A stretch of 64,000 nt of DNA, from the NCBI RefSeq assembly GCF_031769215.1, contig NW_026782064.1:1116001-1180000 (forward strand). The letters are read 5' to 3'. Of the stretch, positions 13,260-25,064 are shown in pieces. Position 1 is the stretch's first letter. Every line of letters begins with the position of its first letter. Made by a program: the position numbers and the translations under genes. Below the pieces are notes generated by a model. It saw only the letters and a list, made by a program, of their open reading frames with translations. It had not been told where the DNA came from and did not search any database. The stretch comes from Ylistrum balloti. Taxonomy: Eukaryota.

Positions 13260-13322
13260 TACAGTCGAACTCCGTATAACTCGAAGGCCTCGTTCACTTC
13301 GAAACATTTCGTCGGTCCCTGC
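13260..13322 (+). mobile_element. Possible Tc1/mariner-pogo-type terminal inverted repeat remnant
   Basis: TA followed by CAGTCGAACTCCGTATAACTCGAA resembles recalled TA-flanked mariner/pogo MITE termini; no partner terminus was found. Confidence 0.3.
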
Positions 13323-14023
13323 GTTTTCTTTTGTTTGTTTGTATTTTTTCATTCTACATTAACGGAATAAAACTCTTGTGAAGAAATATGATCAATATTG
13401 CCCTGACTAGCAATATAGACTATCCAAACTAAAAATATAACTAAAGTTACACCTTGTACATTCTTGATTGTCATTCAGTAATATATTTATTAACGAAAGA
13501 TATGTAAGTTGGACTGTGAGATAAGTACACCTTCTCTGATATTATAATGTTTTTTGAGCGATTTGGATTTTCCAAAATTTCCATCCTAGTATTACTGAAG
13601 AGACACAGAAAGAACAAAATGGTTGTATTGTCCAATTCAATGCATTATAAGGCACACCTGTTGATAGATTCCCATTTTGTTGTATTTTTCGTTTATGAGG
13701 TAATATCGGAAAAACAGGTTAGGAAATTGGCCAGTTTCGATTTTCACCATCTCCCTGCTTGTTTTCCACACTTTCGGCCACCAGTACCATTGCAGAGTCC
13801 AAGGAAGATGATGGGCGTAGTATTCATTGATCACTCGTCATATATTTTGCCCATCATTAACAGGATAATTTACATGTTAATTGGATTGATTTACACTGAT
13901 ACTTTTTCATCACAAATCATTTGTTTTATTAGCTTTATTACAAATAACAAACATTGAACTACAAAAAGCGATATATTGACAAGATGCTGGTAATGGAACA
14001 ATATTATTGTGTAGCTGTGTTGT

Positions 14024-17006
14024 TCATGATTTCATTGCAAGGTACACGAAGAGGAAGTAGGTGGCGCTGTCAATGAAGGTTCTGAACATGTGACGATAAT
14101 TCCATCGATCAATGGCACCACGGACCCAAGTTTCACCTGTAAAATAAAGACATGCAAAATTGATACATCAACCATTTTTCAGTGTTACACAAATTTCTTG
14201 TACATAGATCCTACCTGTTTGAACAAGGAAAATGGTTTTTCGTTTTCGGGGAAAAAATCCTATATTTTTTCAAAGTAAAAGGTGTTAAAACATATCACAA
14301 ATCGACGAAGGCCGGAATAATATGTTTTATCAATGTCTACTTCGAATTATAGCTCAGAAATGATCTTTTGTAACACTGAGATGGACTGTTTGGTCGATGT
14401 TTTAATTTTCGTATGCTTTTCAATATAAGTGGTTATTACACATATAACTGTGCTAGACTGTAAGGAATATTAAAGGTATACATTGATACCTTTCTTTTCG
14501 ACCACTCCTTCGTCCAGTAGGATGTTGATCTCCGGGAGCATCATTACTACCGTGTAGACACCTCCAAGTACAAACTGGACGGGTCCAACCAGCCAGTGGT
14601 ACTTGTACTCGGAATCGTCAAGGAAAAACAGGGCCGTCGAACATCCAAATCCTATCAGGCCGATCGACGGCTACACAAGAAAAAGTTGAAACATGTACAG
14701 GCACATATACATACAATTACCCATAATACCTGTATCTTAACGCATAGAACCAACAGGAAAACAGTAATGCTTTATAAATACAATTATTGTGTTTTGATAA
14801 AGAAATCGTAGGATTTAGTGGAACCTGTCTGAATAATGAAGTTACCCCTATATATATAATTAAATAAGATATAATTTCACAGGGTTTCTTTCCTGTTTCA
14901 GTGTTTTGAAGTTCAAATGTACAACAGGTGTTGTTGCCAACTCCTAAAATCATTTATATATGGACTGTCTCTATCTTAGCATACTTTGTTAGTTATTGTA
15001 TTTTTTATTGTCTGTCAATCTTAGCTCACAATTAATTCAAGCACAAAGTATTTTATTAGAATACAATTTGTAAACACACAAAGTTTGTACTAGAAGTTGG
15101 AACCACGTGTAAGAGTGGAATAGTTAACAATATATTATTTCTTTATTGGTGCTATATTTAATCATTATCCCTGGTACATGTACCTGTGTCTTTAATTATC
15201 TACATTTTAATGAAATTGAAATCAAATTTGCGAGTAAGGTAGATAATCAGGTAACATTGCTGATTTACTTATAAATTAATTATCAAGTATTTCTCGGCGT
15301 TGTTTGTAGGGCAGTTAATCCCCTGATAACCACGGATAAGTTATTTAAAAGATAAACTACTAAATATTATGATTATTTCTATCAATTTTAGGTTGTCACG
15401 ATTAAACAACTACGTGTAACCCGCACATGTAAATGTTTTGTATAGTAAGTTGTATTACGTAATTTACACACACCGCTAACAAGAAAAACAGCCGGTTTCG
15501 TGGAACCTGACATTACATCCTGGAATTTTATAACGAAATAACAAGAATTCTGTGTAATTACTTAATAGATGTTTACATTAACGATCAATTGATGACAGTT
15601 AAAACATCCTGGATAAAACCCGTTCAGAACTTACTACGTTTCCATTTTTAGCGAGGGAAGTTTTCTCGTTATAGCTATTAATATGGTAAGGACACTTGTA
15701 CATGACTAAGTTTTCGAGGAAATGATCATCCCTCCATCGCTTTCCCTGTAAAGCCATCGTCACACATCCTTATCGGATGGTTAATGTTAATCAGGAAATC
15801 TTCACTTTAATACGTTTTTCTCTTTTTTTTTTTTTAATTTTTTTTTGAAAGCCGAGTCACATACACAAGTATTTGCTCAAGAATGAATACAACGATCTTG
15901 AACATAAGTTTAGCTGCGATTTGATTACGTATGAAAATGTTTTTTTACTTGAAATAGATTGTCAGACGATAGCACACTGTATTTTTTAGCTGATAGATGA
16001 TATGTACAATGTAGTGTGTGTGTAAGACATCCAATTAATTTTGTATTTGAATACAGAGGGCACAGTCATGTGACTAGATATCTCAATACGTTATCTTTAA
16101 TCTGTAGTGGCAAAAATGATTTGAAGATGACAGACTATGACCGATATAAAGCGATCTGTTATATCCTGGTCCAGAGAAACTTAGAAATCACCTTTACACT
16201 GAAAGCACTTGACAATAGCTCACGGAACAAAAATAAGAAAACCAATAAGATTAAGTGTGGTTTTTATTTTAAGGAATTTGCACCGTGTAACAGTTTTCTT
16301 TCTATCAACGTACATCGACAAAATATCTTTAAAAATATCTAAACTTCGATGATAAAATGTAAAAAGCATGCTACAATTTTAACATTTATTCGTCATTAAA
16401 TAGGGAACGTTTTGGCACTGGGAACAGAAACACATTCATATCCAACATACATGTATTTAGCAAAAACAGATATTTTTATATAATGTATAATTAGAATAGA
16501 ACGAATTGACTTGAGCAAGTCTATACACTATACATAACTTTACAACACGCTATATTGTAACAGAAATACACAGATGGTATGTGCAGGTGTTATACTTTGC
16601 TTGACTTGTTTTAGCGGATTAAAACCTTGACCTTTACTTCTGCTACAATGAATCCGTGGCTACAGATTCCCGATAACACAATTTATAAAATTATATGCCA
16701 GCCCGTGCTCAACATACTACCTTCCCTATGGTTCTTGTCAATATGAAATGGATCATTTTCGGTAACGCAGGGTTTTATATGCAATATCCATGATGTATGT
16801 ATACATGAAACTAATTTCTACATTTGCCTCCTTACCAGGAACTTTTTAGCAATATTAAAGCTGTTGGCCCACTGTTCTCTCTGAGCCTTCACTGGAAGCG
16901 GTCGGCGACTGTAATGCTCCACTCCATTAATATATAATGCTCCACCTGAAAACAGCCCCATCGCAGTCGCTGCTCCAAACTTTAAGCCTTCCACTAAGGT
17001 AAACAT
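14024..17006 (-). CDS. DUF1772 / anthrone-oxygenase-like membrane protein, paralog A, 3 exons, 154 aa
   Basis: Exons 17006-16836, 14670-14490 and 14136-14024 (GT-AG, phases 0 and 1). Protein: MFTLVEGLKFGAATAMGLFSGGALYINGVEHYSRRPLPVKAQREQWANSFNIAKKFL-PSIGLIGFGCSTALFFLDDSEYKYHWLVGPVQFVLGGVYTVVMMLPEINILLDEGVVEKK-GETWVRGAIDRWNYRHMFRTFIDSATYFLFVYLAMKS. It carries the recalled family motifs GLFxGxALYINxVEH, MMLPxNxxL and RWxxxHxxR. Confidence 0.88.
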
Positions 17007-17715
17007 ATTTATGTATCGTTTAAGTTCTGATTTATACTGATCCTGCTGCACTTTTTTGGCGTACGTGAGTGAACACAGCAAACCACAAGTCTCGGTAGTC
17101 TGAATTACGGCAGCGAGTCAATGTAAGTTCGGTAGGCAGAGTGTACCTTTGTAGGCCATTTAACAAATAGTTCTTTCACCGACACAATCTGCTGCACTAA
17201 ATAAACACCAAGGTTTCTTTCCTAATACAAGAATTGTGTGGAGCGTCAAGTTCACAAAAAGGGTAGATTTTATATCAAAGTAGGTCAAGCTTAGAGCTCT
17301 CACCGTGTGCACACTTCACTCTCCTTTGGTTGCCCTTACCTGTCATCGTCATTACCTCGTGAATGATTTGAAATATGAAGGTCATTGTCAACTCTCCCTG
17401 TTTATTTTTGATTACATTCTCATATCATGTCAAGACGTAAGGCTAGTTCCCTTTACAGGAACTTGTCATTCCTCACTGTTGCTCTTACAATACAATGTAC
17501 GTCGTCCTCTTTTCTAACGTACCATCGTCACTCTCCTCGTACATTTTGTACCCGTGATATTGTTATATTTATATTACAACAAAATTATATAATATGTTTA
17601 TAAGAATACATGAAATATATAGTTAACCTAATTACTTATACATCAATATCTTTGCTGTTGCTGATGTGAAGGGAGACTCAAATGTATTATTCATTTCCGA
17701 CATAATTATAATCTT

Positions 17716-19373
17716 TCACCAAGCTGATATTCTAAACAGAATGTCTGATAACTCCATTGATGTTGACGATTGCGTTCCACACTTTGAAACAGCAAGAAAA
17801 CAATACAGCACAACCGTCGTTACGTCTAGAACTCGTTTGATTGTTTGGCGGGAATCCCAGCGATCCATTACAGCACGTGTCAATATGACACCTGTAAAAA
17901 TTGGAATGGAAGTGAGTGACTTATTGGTAAGGGGCAGAAACCAAGGCTCTTCAGCCGTGAAAGCATCATAAAAAATAGTTAATTAATCAATTAATATGTA
18001 CATGTTGATATCTATATATGTTACCAATAGGTTTAACTTTAATTAGACCACCGTGATTGATGGCTAATTGAAGTTGGATGGTGGTTTGACTCCGCTTTCC
18101 TGAAATTTCAAAAGTTATAGTTGACGTTTATTGCCATTCATGTTAATTTTACCATTTTTCCTTATCATGTCATTGTGCATTGGGAGCGATGTCTTTTTCA
18201 GTTTCGTCAAGGCGTACCCGACAACGTAAAGGACGGGCCCGGCTAACCAGCTGTACCGTAATGTATTATCAGCAGCCTCAGCAAAGAACAAAATGATGCT
18301 TCCGGTAACGGGGATGATTTGGAACCACTTAAAATAAAAGCATTCATTCTTGTACAAGTAACCTTCAAAAACAAAAACAAGAACAAAAACAAAACAAATA
18401 ATCAAACAAAAAAGAAAATGATATCTAATCTGTAGTAAAAAAAATTGTGTTTTCTACTATACCATCTGATGGCGCAACAAGTATCAAACGGACGCCTACA
18501 TGTAGCTATATTCCATGATTAGCCATTCTGCTATCCCAGAGTTACTTCCCTTCGTTTCACCCTGTCAAATGCAACAAGCTTAACATCCGATGGGGTCGAG
18601 AATGATGACAAGTGGGCGAGGTTTGCTCTCTGCCCCTACATTGTGTACACTCCGGACGATGTTTACTCTCTATTCCTGAGTTTCTCTTGATATGCATTGA
18701 TGTGTTTGGGCAACAGCACAACATTTGTTTTCTGTGGTCGGAAATCATTCTCATTTGGGTAGAAAATGACAGGTATCGTATTGTGTTATTTTGAAGACAT
18801 TCAAGCTTTACCTCGAGTTAAATGGAGTTAAATGTTAACTTTGTATCAATGACTGACTAGTGGATTAAAGCAACAAAAAACATGAGGCTCGCTATGGGTG
18901 ATAAACCCGGTTTCTCAGTTCATTGGTAACCAAAGTCAACTGATGACAAGTTCGATCTTACACGGGTTTGTTACCAAATGGAGTAGTCTTTTAACATATT
19001 CAATTCTGAAGCAAAATTATAAGCAATCTAACAGCAATGGAAGTATACAATAGAAGGTGTTATACGTCACTAAAAGGAGTTTACTGCATAAGATAGTTCA
19101 GTTATAATTCTTTTGTAGGCCCAAATACCAGTGATTTGTTTTTCAAAGTATATATGTAATTTAAAAAACCCACTTATTTACAGTACTCAAAGGTATCAAT
19201 CCGGCATGTCTTACCAGAAACACACTGCTATAGCGCCAGCGTTTTTTCCATCTCTTTCTCTGTTCATCCAATGGAATTGTCCGTAAATTCCTGTCACTGG
19301 TGTATCTTACCAACCCACCTACACAAAGTATCATCGAAAACGCCGTAGTATACCTTAGTAAAGTCATCAACAT
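17716..19373 (-). CDS. Diverged DUF1772-like paralog B, 3 exons, about 169 aa (start codon uncertain)
   Basis: Exons 19373-19215, 18327-18153 and 17891-17716, with the same intron positions and phases (0,1) as paralog A. Aligned anchors: EQRKRW vs AQREQW, FL|gtaag donor, WLAGPVLYV vs WLVGPVQFV, and DRWDSRQTIKRVLD vs DRWNYRHMFRTFID. The reading frame is intact. Confidence 0.8.
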
Positions 19374-19716
19374 TATGAACACTTTAAACACCAGGGAATT
19401 ATACCGTTGTCACTGTGTAATGGTGGTGTATTCAAGTACGGGGGTCTACACAGGCCGGACAATAGTATCACGTGAATACCGACCATGGCCCATTGATATC
19501 AATGGTGATTATATACCAGAATGCTTCATTAAAAGACATACAAGATTTCAGATGAGATTAGTTCACAATCAATGGTGAAACGACGTGTATGTTGCACATA
19601 TTGAGATTTCAGAATGTAGTGATTCAATTAAGGGAGATCTAATGGAATCCTACCATACTATTACCGAGAGTAAGCCTCGACTTGCCAAATAAGTCGAACA
19701 AAATGGTGTAGCTGAG

Positions 19717-22656
19717 ATGGACGAAAGGAAATACCGATGGTGTGTGGTCAACTTGCTGTTACTTCTTGCGGTTGATGGTGAGTGATTGGAAGTTGTGTAA
19801 TATAACACTGAAAAATACTTCAGTATCATCTCGTCATACTGGAACCCTTAATATTCAATACTTCCGCTTATAATGATAAGAATATTCAGAAACCTTGTCT
19901 TTACTATTCCACATTACCAATGGTATAAGATTATTGTTTAATCATGATTAGATCGAACTGTTTTTTTCTGCTTTTTTCAGGTATTGTTTGTGGAAATTCA
20001 ACAGAAGATTCTACGGTAACGTGTGTCTTAGATTTATGTATATTCCTATCTATTACATCTATATAATCTGGTTTAATGTCCTGTTCCTCTATCAGGAACA
20101 CATCTTTCACAAAATTATAATTATTGTAATTACTTTATGTAAGGTTTGTGTCGGTACGTTGTATGTTTACCGGTATAAAAATAGATTTTAAGTATCAAAT
20201 AAACGTTTGATTAAGGACCGATACCACCAATCCGTGTGTAATTTAATTTATATTCTGTAGCGATACACAGTGTTAGTCCATGATAATATCGTACTTGTAT
20301 GACAAGTTACAATTAGTACCAGTTTCATACTAAAATTATAAAATTCAATGTGTGTCGCCATGCATAACTATTATTTTAATCTGCAAATGTATATGACAAC
20401 ATATTAGTTGTTATAAATATGTCAGCACATGGTGTCTAATGAACGCGAGGAGTTGTATATTTTCCTGTACAGCTCAGAATTAATTTTAAACTATTGTATT
20501 GAACAGATAATTTTGTTTAACAAAGGTCGTTATGTCTAGATTTAACCTTTCCGTCAGACGACGAATAAAAAACGACCCATTAAAACATGTAGGTTTGAAT
20601 TAAATGTCAGTCTTTCTTATAACACGATGGAAGATACTGACTGAAAATATAATGATTTGACTCATACAGTAGTGCAGAGTGATGAATATTACTTAGATTC
20701 ACTTGTGTGGGTAAGGAGTCAAATGTCGTCCAAAGTGCATTGTGTAAACTCCTATTTTCTCCATGGGTTATAATATTCGGGGTATCTATTACAGTAAGCA
20801 CATTTTAAGCTGTGAGGAGATAGCACAAAGCAAGTGATTAGCACCTTTATATACAAATTTAGAAGGATTTTTATTAGAACCAGTTATACATAAAATTCAT
20901 TGGATTTTCGTGCACCTGTCTATCTGGTTTTTAACTTGGTTTGGACTCGTTTGGATTTTACTCGGTTGCCTCCTAGGTTTCCATACTTTTGACCCTTACT
21001 ATCACTGACGAAGCCTAGAACAACGAAACAGAGGTATGATGCATTATAATTCATAAATAAATACATGTATGCCATATCTGTATTTAAACATATTATTGTG
21101 CACGTCTGTTTTACAATCTTTGAATGAACTAATTACGAACAAGCCTGATAGCAAGAATGAAATAAAAAAAGATAGAATGAAGGAGTCACGAATCAGGGTA
21201 CAAATAACTGTGTTACAGTCAATGAGATAGGGAATCTGTTTAGGTAGCAGTTTATTTGCATTTTGCCTGAAATTATGAGATATTCAGGTATAGCAGATAG
21301 GTTAGGAAATCTACACCCTTACATGTATATAAATTTATTACATTGATGATAGAGAAATAAAAATGGTGTAAGTCGAAAATTTCCCCTGATTTCTGACATG
21401 TGATTGCCATAGCTACCTACTCAAAAAATGCAAAAAATGTCCTAAAATAATAATAATGATAAAAAAAACCTCCTACTAATTCCAGCATTACACTACAACT
21501 TTATAGAAGGAATTTATTTCTGAACATCTGTCTTAAAATTAAAATCGTACAACACAGTCATGGTAACCCATTACTTACATTTCTGCCAATTCTAACTCGG
21601 AAATCACAACATGACCACAGGTAAACACTATGAAAATTTCACTTCCTGTAAAGCTAGTTTTTGGTGTGTAGACACAGATTTGAGACTGCCCAAATAATAA
21701 TCTCCAACCCGATGCAAAAATATCCTGAAAATATGAAACCCATGTTGTCCACTTTAACATGAAAAGACCAATATTAGCAATGAGTCATTTTTAAAGTTTT
21801 AAATATAACATTTATAATGTTGTAATCTAACAAAGAAACAAAAATTACCCATGGCCACACCTATTAAATGTGTACTGCTACAGAGTAAACAAACCTGCCA
21901 TCAGCTGCTAACGGATATCTGGTGTTATCTGTCGTCGTATGATAAAAGTCTGTTTTGGAGAACTACTCATACGGTACAAAGATTTCAATGACAGATTAAA
22001 GATGACTGCGCCATCTTGATAATTTTACCCTCATCATTGGATGAATCTTGCTTTAAACTATTCTGAATCAAACAAAATACAAATGTGATAGTTCCCTGTA
22101 TGTTTAAAGTTCAAAATACCTATATGATACAATAGGTATGGATTTACAGTGTATTTCCATGTTGATACTTAGATAATTAGATACAACACGTGTGTATTTA
22201 TATATGAATTAAGTAATTGATAAGATTTTAAATATAAAACCGCGTTATTCCTCTGTATCACTCTTCTATAGCTGCAGTGTAGGAAATACAGAAATAAAGT
22301 TAATGAAGTTGAAATCGGATGGTAAAGTGGTTTTTTACTCGTGCGCCGACAACTTTCAAGCGTGTGTTATTTCTTTTTAGATACAAATGAACACCCCTAA
22401 CAAAGGCTGAATAAAAGATATCAATTAGTGATAATATTACGATGTCAATATCAGTCTTTGTGTTCTGCAGGAAAGCTTCTTCACCAGCAACCGATTCATT
22501 GGTATCACCGCCGGACTGGGCACTTTTCTGTTTATCGGTATATATCTATACACATTATGGAAGTGTACATGTGGCAGTCCTGATGATGAAACAGTCGACA
22601 AAAGGAACCAAGTAGGTAGACATCAACAGAACCAGATAGAAGAAACTAGAACATGA
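19717..22656 (+). CDS. Uncharacterised 93-aa type-I single-pass membrane microprotein (signal peptide plus TM), 3 exons
   Basis: Exons 19717-19777 (donor G|gtgagt), 19981-20015 (acceptor tttttttcag, donor gtaacg) and 22471-22656 (acceptor tgttctgcag); phases 1 and 0 join in frame. Protein: MDERKYRWCVVNLLLLLAVDGIVCGNSTEDSTESFFTSNRFIGITAGLGTFLFIGIYLYTLWKCTCGSPDDETVDKRNQVGRHQQNQIEETRT. Confidence 0.78.
21000..21041 (+). ncRNA. Degenerate minimal type-I hammerhead ribozyme motif (Penelope/retrozyme type)
   Basis: atca-CTGACGA-agcctagaacaac-GAAAC-agag-GTA-tgat. The core boxes are intact, atca/tgat can form stem I, stem III is a single C-G pair, and stem II is disrupted. Confidence 0.55.
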
Positions 22657-25064
22657 CCAACAACAAATGTCAGGCATGGTATCGAATATGTACCGTGAAG
22701 ATATTCCAAACACAATCAGATTATTTGGAACATATATACGATATATCCAAGAAATGGTCACATCAACTTGTACATGTACGGTTAAAGTATCACAGGTGTA
22801 CTGGTACGCCTTAAAATGACACCATTATATGATCGTCATTTGTTATAATACTCTAATATTCTAAAAACGAGCAAATTAATAGGTACCATTTGAATTTGCG
22901 ACAATATCCGGCTTTCATAACACAGTCAGATGGACGGGTACCGTTTACTATTCTACATAAAGCTGAGGAATTACGAACATGTTGTAAACCATTTCAATAC
23001 AATGTATTGCTATGCCACTAGTGGTTTATTAAGTATCTTTTTTCCTATGCCCTGTAAAGAATGGAAGATAACAACACGTTTATGTGAAGTAAAGAGAAGC
23101 GACCTCAGGATTCGAGGACTTTTCCAGTATATCTTAATAGAGTGTTTATTTCGGTGATACCTTATATTGATCTGTATGCGGTACATCTCTTATTTGTTTT
23201 AATATTCACTTGTTAAAGTTAGTTAGTTAATTTTAGATATTGTGTTGAATTTGTAATAAAAGTTGTTATAATGCAAACAGATTTCTCTTTATTCTGTAGG
23301 GTGCCCTTTAAATATCTACATTTTCAAGACATCAAATTGGAATGTACCAATCATACCATGCAAAAATATTTGAAATAAAGGGGATATTTAACTGTTATAT
23401 TTTATAAAATATTCGTTGCAGGCGAAATTCTGCTGTCATTTATATATGACCTTGTACCATATTTCTCATATGTATATAGTAACAAAGGGATATGTCTTAG
23501 AAGTTGGAATCCAAAATGTAATGCCTACGGAAACCTATTAAACCATTCCGGGTTTGTTAATAACCTTTTTCCAATCAAAATAATAGTAATAAAAGGACAT
23601 ATGAAACAGGTAAGGATGATAGGATGTCACCTAAGGCAGTATAGGCCTGCCTATTTCGTGAATAGGAATAACCGAGTTGTCTCCCTTATGCTTCTTTCAT
23701 TTCAAATATTGTGTTTGCTAAAATATGCCATGTTTGATGTCTAGTTACAAAAGGAAAATTAATTAAATAATATGTGAATATCACTTCAATCAAACCGTTG
23801 TAGGTTTTAATCACATGAGACACATTATTTTAATTCATGGAAGCAGCATGCCAGTAAATACTTCATTTTGTTTCGATACCTTATTCGTATAAATGTATTT
23901 CGTTTAATCTTGACGTTTCAGATTTAGTGTGGATTCGTGTTCTTTGATTCAATTTTGAGATTTATTTGGTGGTCTTTTTTAAATGGAGCTGTTATCTTGA
24001 ATTTTCATGTGCGTTTTTTAGTGTGGTAATCAGCTCTTGATTTAGGAGGTGTGGAAAGGGCTTTTCTCTATTTATATTCTGTAGCGTGTGTTTTGCAGTT
24101 TTCTTTAGAATGTTGATTTTATGTTGTTTTGAACTGATGTTTGGTTTCCTCTTGGATTTGGATGTGTATTGTCTGGTGTATTATAAGTATACCTGCACCT
24201 TAGAATTTCTATTGAAGCAATAGCAATATGGTACAAGCACATGTATCAACCTTGCTAACCGACGCATACAACCTTATATTTTTCAAATAATAACATGAAT
24301 AATCTTGTCAGGACAACTGTCTGATTAACAACCACAAAATATTAAATAAACAACAATGATAATAGATGTGTGTTTAATACTGAAATATTGAACGTATAAC
24401 AGATACAGCATATATATTTTAATCACGAAATGATGATGGTTTAACGACAATAAGTTCATTAATTCATTACATAAAGAAAACAAAACGTTGAATGTATATT
24501 TTTGGAATTTACTTTAGGTGGACGAGAAAGTTATAAACAACTGTTAATTGTAATTTCATTGTACCTATGTTGAAATGTCGAGGATTTGAACCCACCACAC
24601 ATGTAAAGCGCATACTTTCACAGATCGTGTCGATGTTCCTCAGGATAAATTTCAGACCATATGAATGGCGCGGCTTTTCCATTTCAGTAGTAAGACTTTG
24701 AAGCACTTATGGCAGAATTCGTTTACGTTTCACATGTTCAAACCAGAAATCATCACGGAGTAACATTGAATTAATGAATTAAAATCTGAGGGGTCTTAGT
24801 GAATAGAACTACCAGAAAAATAAAGTCAAACACTTTCAATACTATTACAAGGGGAACCATATACTTTCATTAATTTCTAAAATATTATTAAATGATGTCA
24901 TAAACATACTGAGTATGACATCAAAGGATTTTTCATTTGGAAAAATGGTTCTATAAAGTTTTATATTTGTGACTTATCACTCTATTTATTTCGTATTTAA
25001 AATGATTGTTCTTACTGTACATGAACAGACAAGTACCTAACCCCAACACTTTTAAACAAATTTA

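Noticed and set aside
13547-13957. Overlapping 136-aa (+) and 65-aa (-) ORFs
   Set aside because: No family resemblance; they lie in the probable 3'UTR of DUF1772 paralog A and partly overlap a repeat relic.
17305-17314. Palindrome GTGTGCACAC containing the metal-response core TGCRCNC on both strands, upstream of paralog A
   Set aside because: A single short motif is expected by chance in 64 kb; there is no cluster of MREs.
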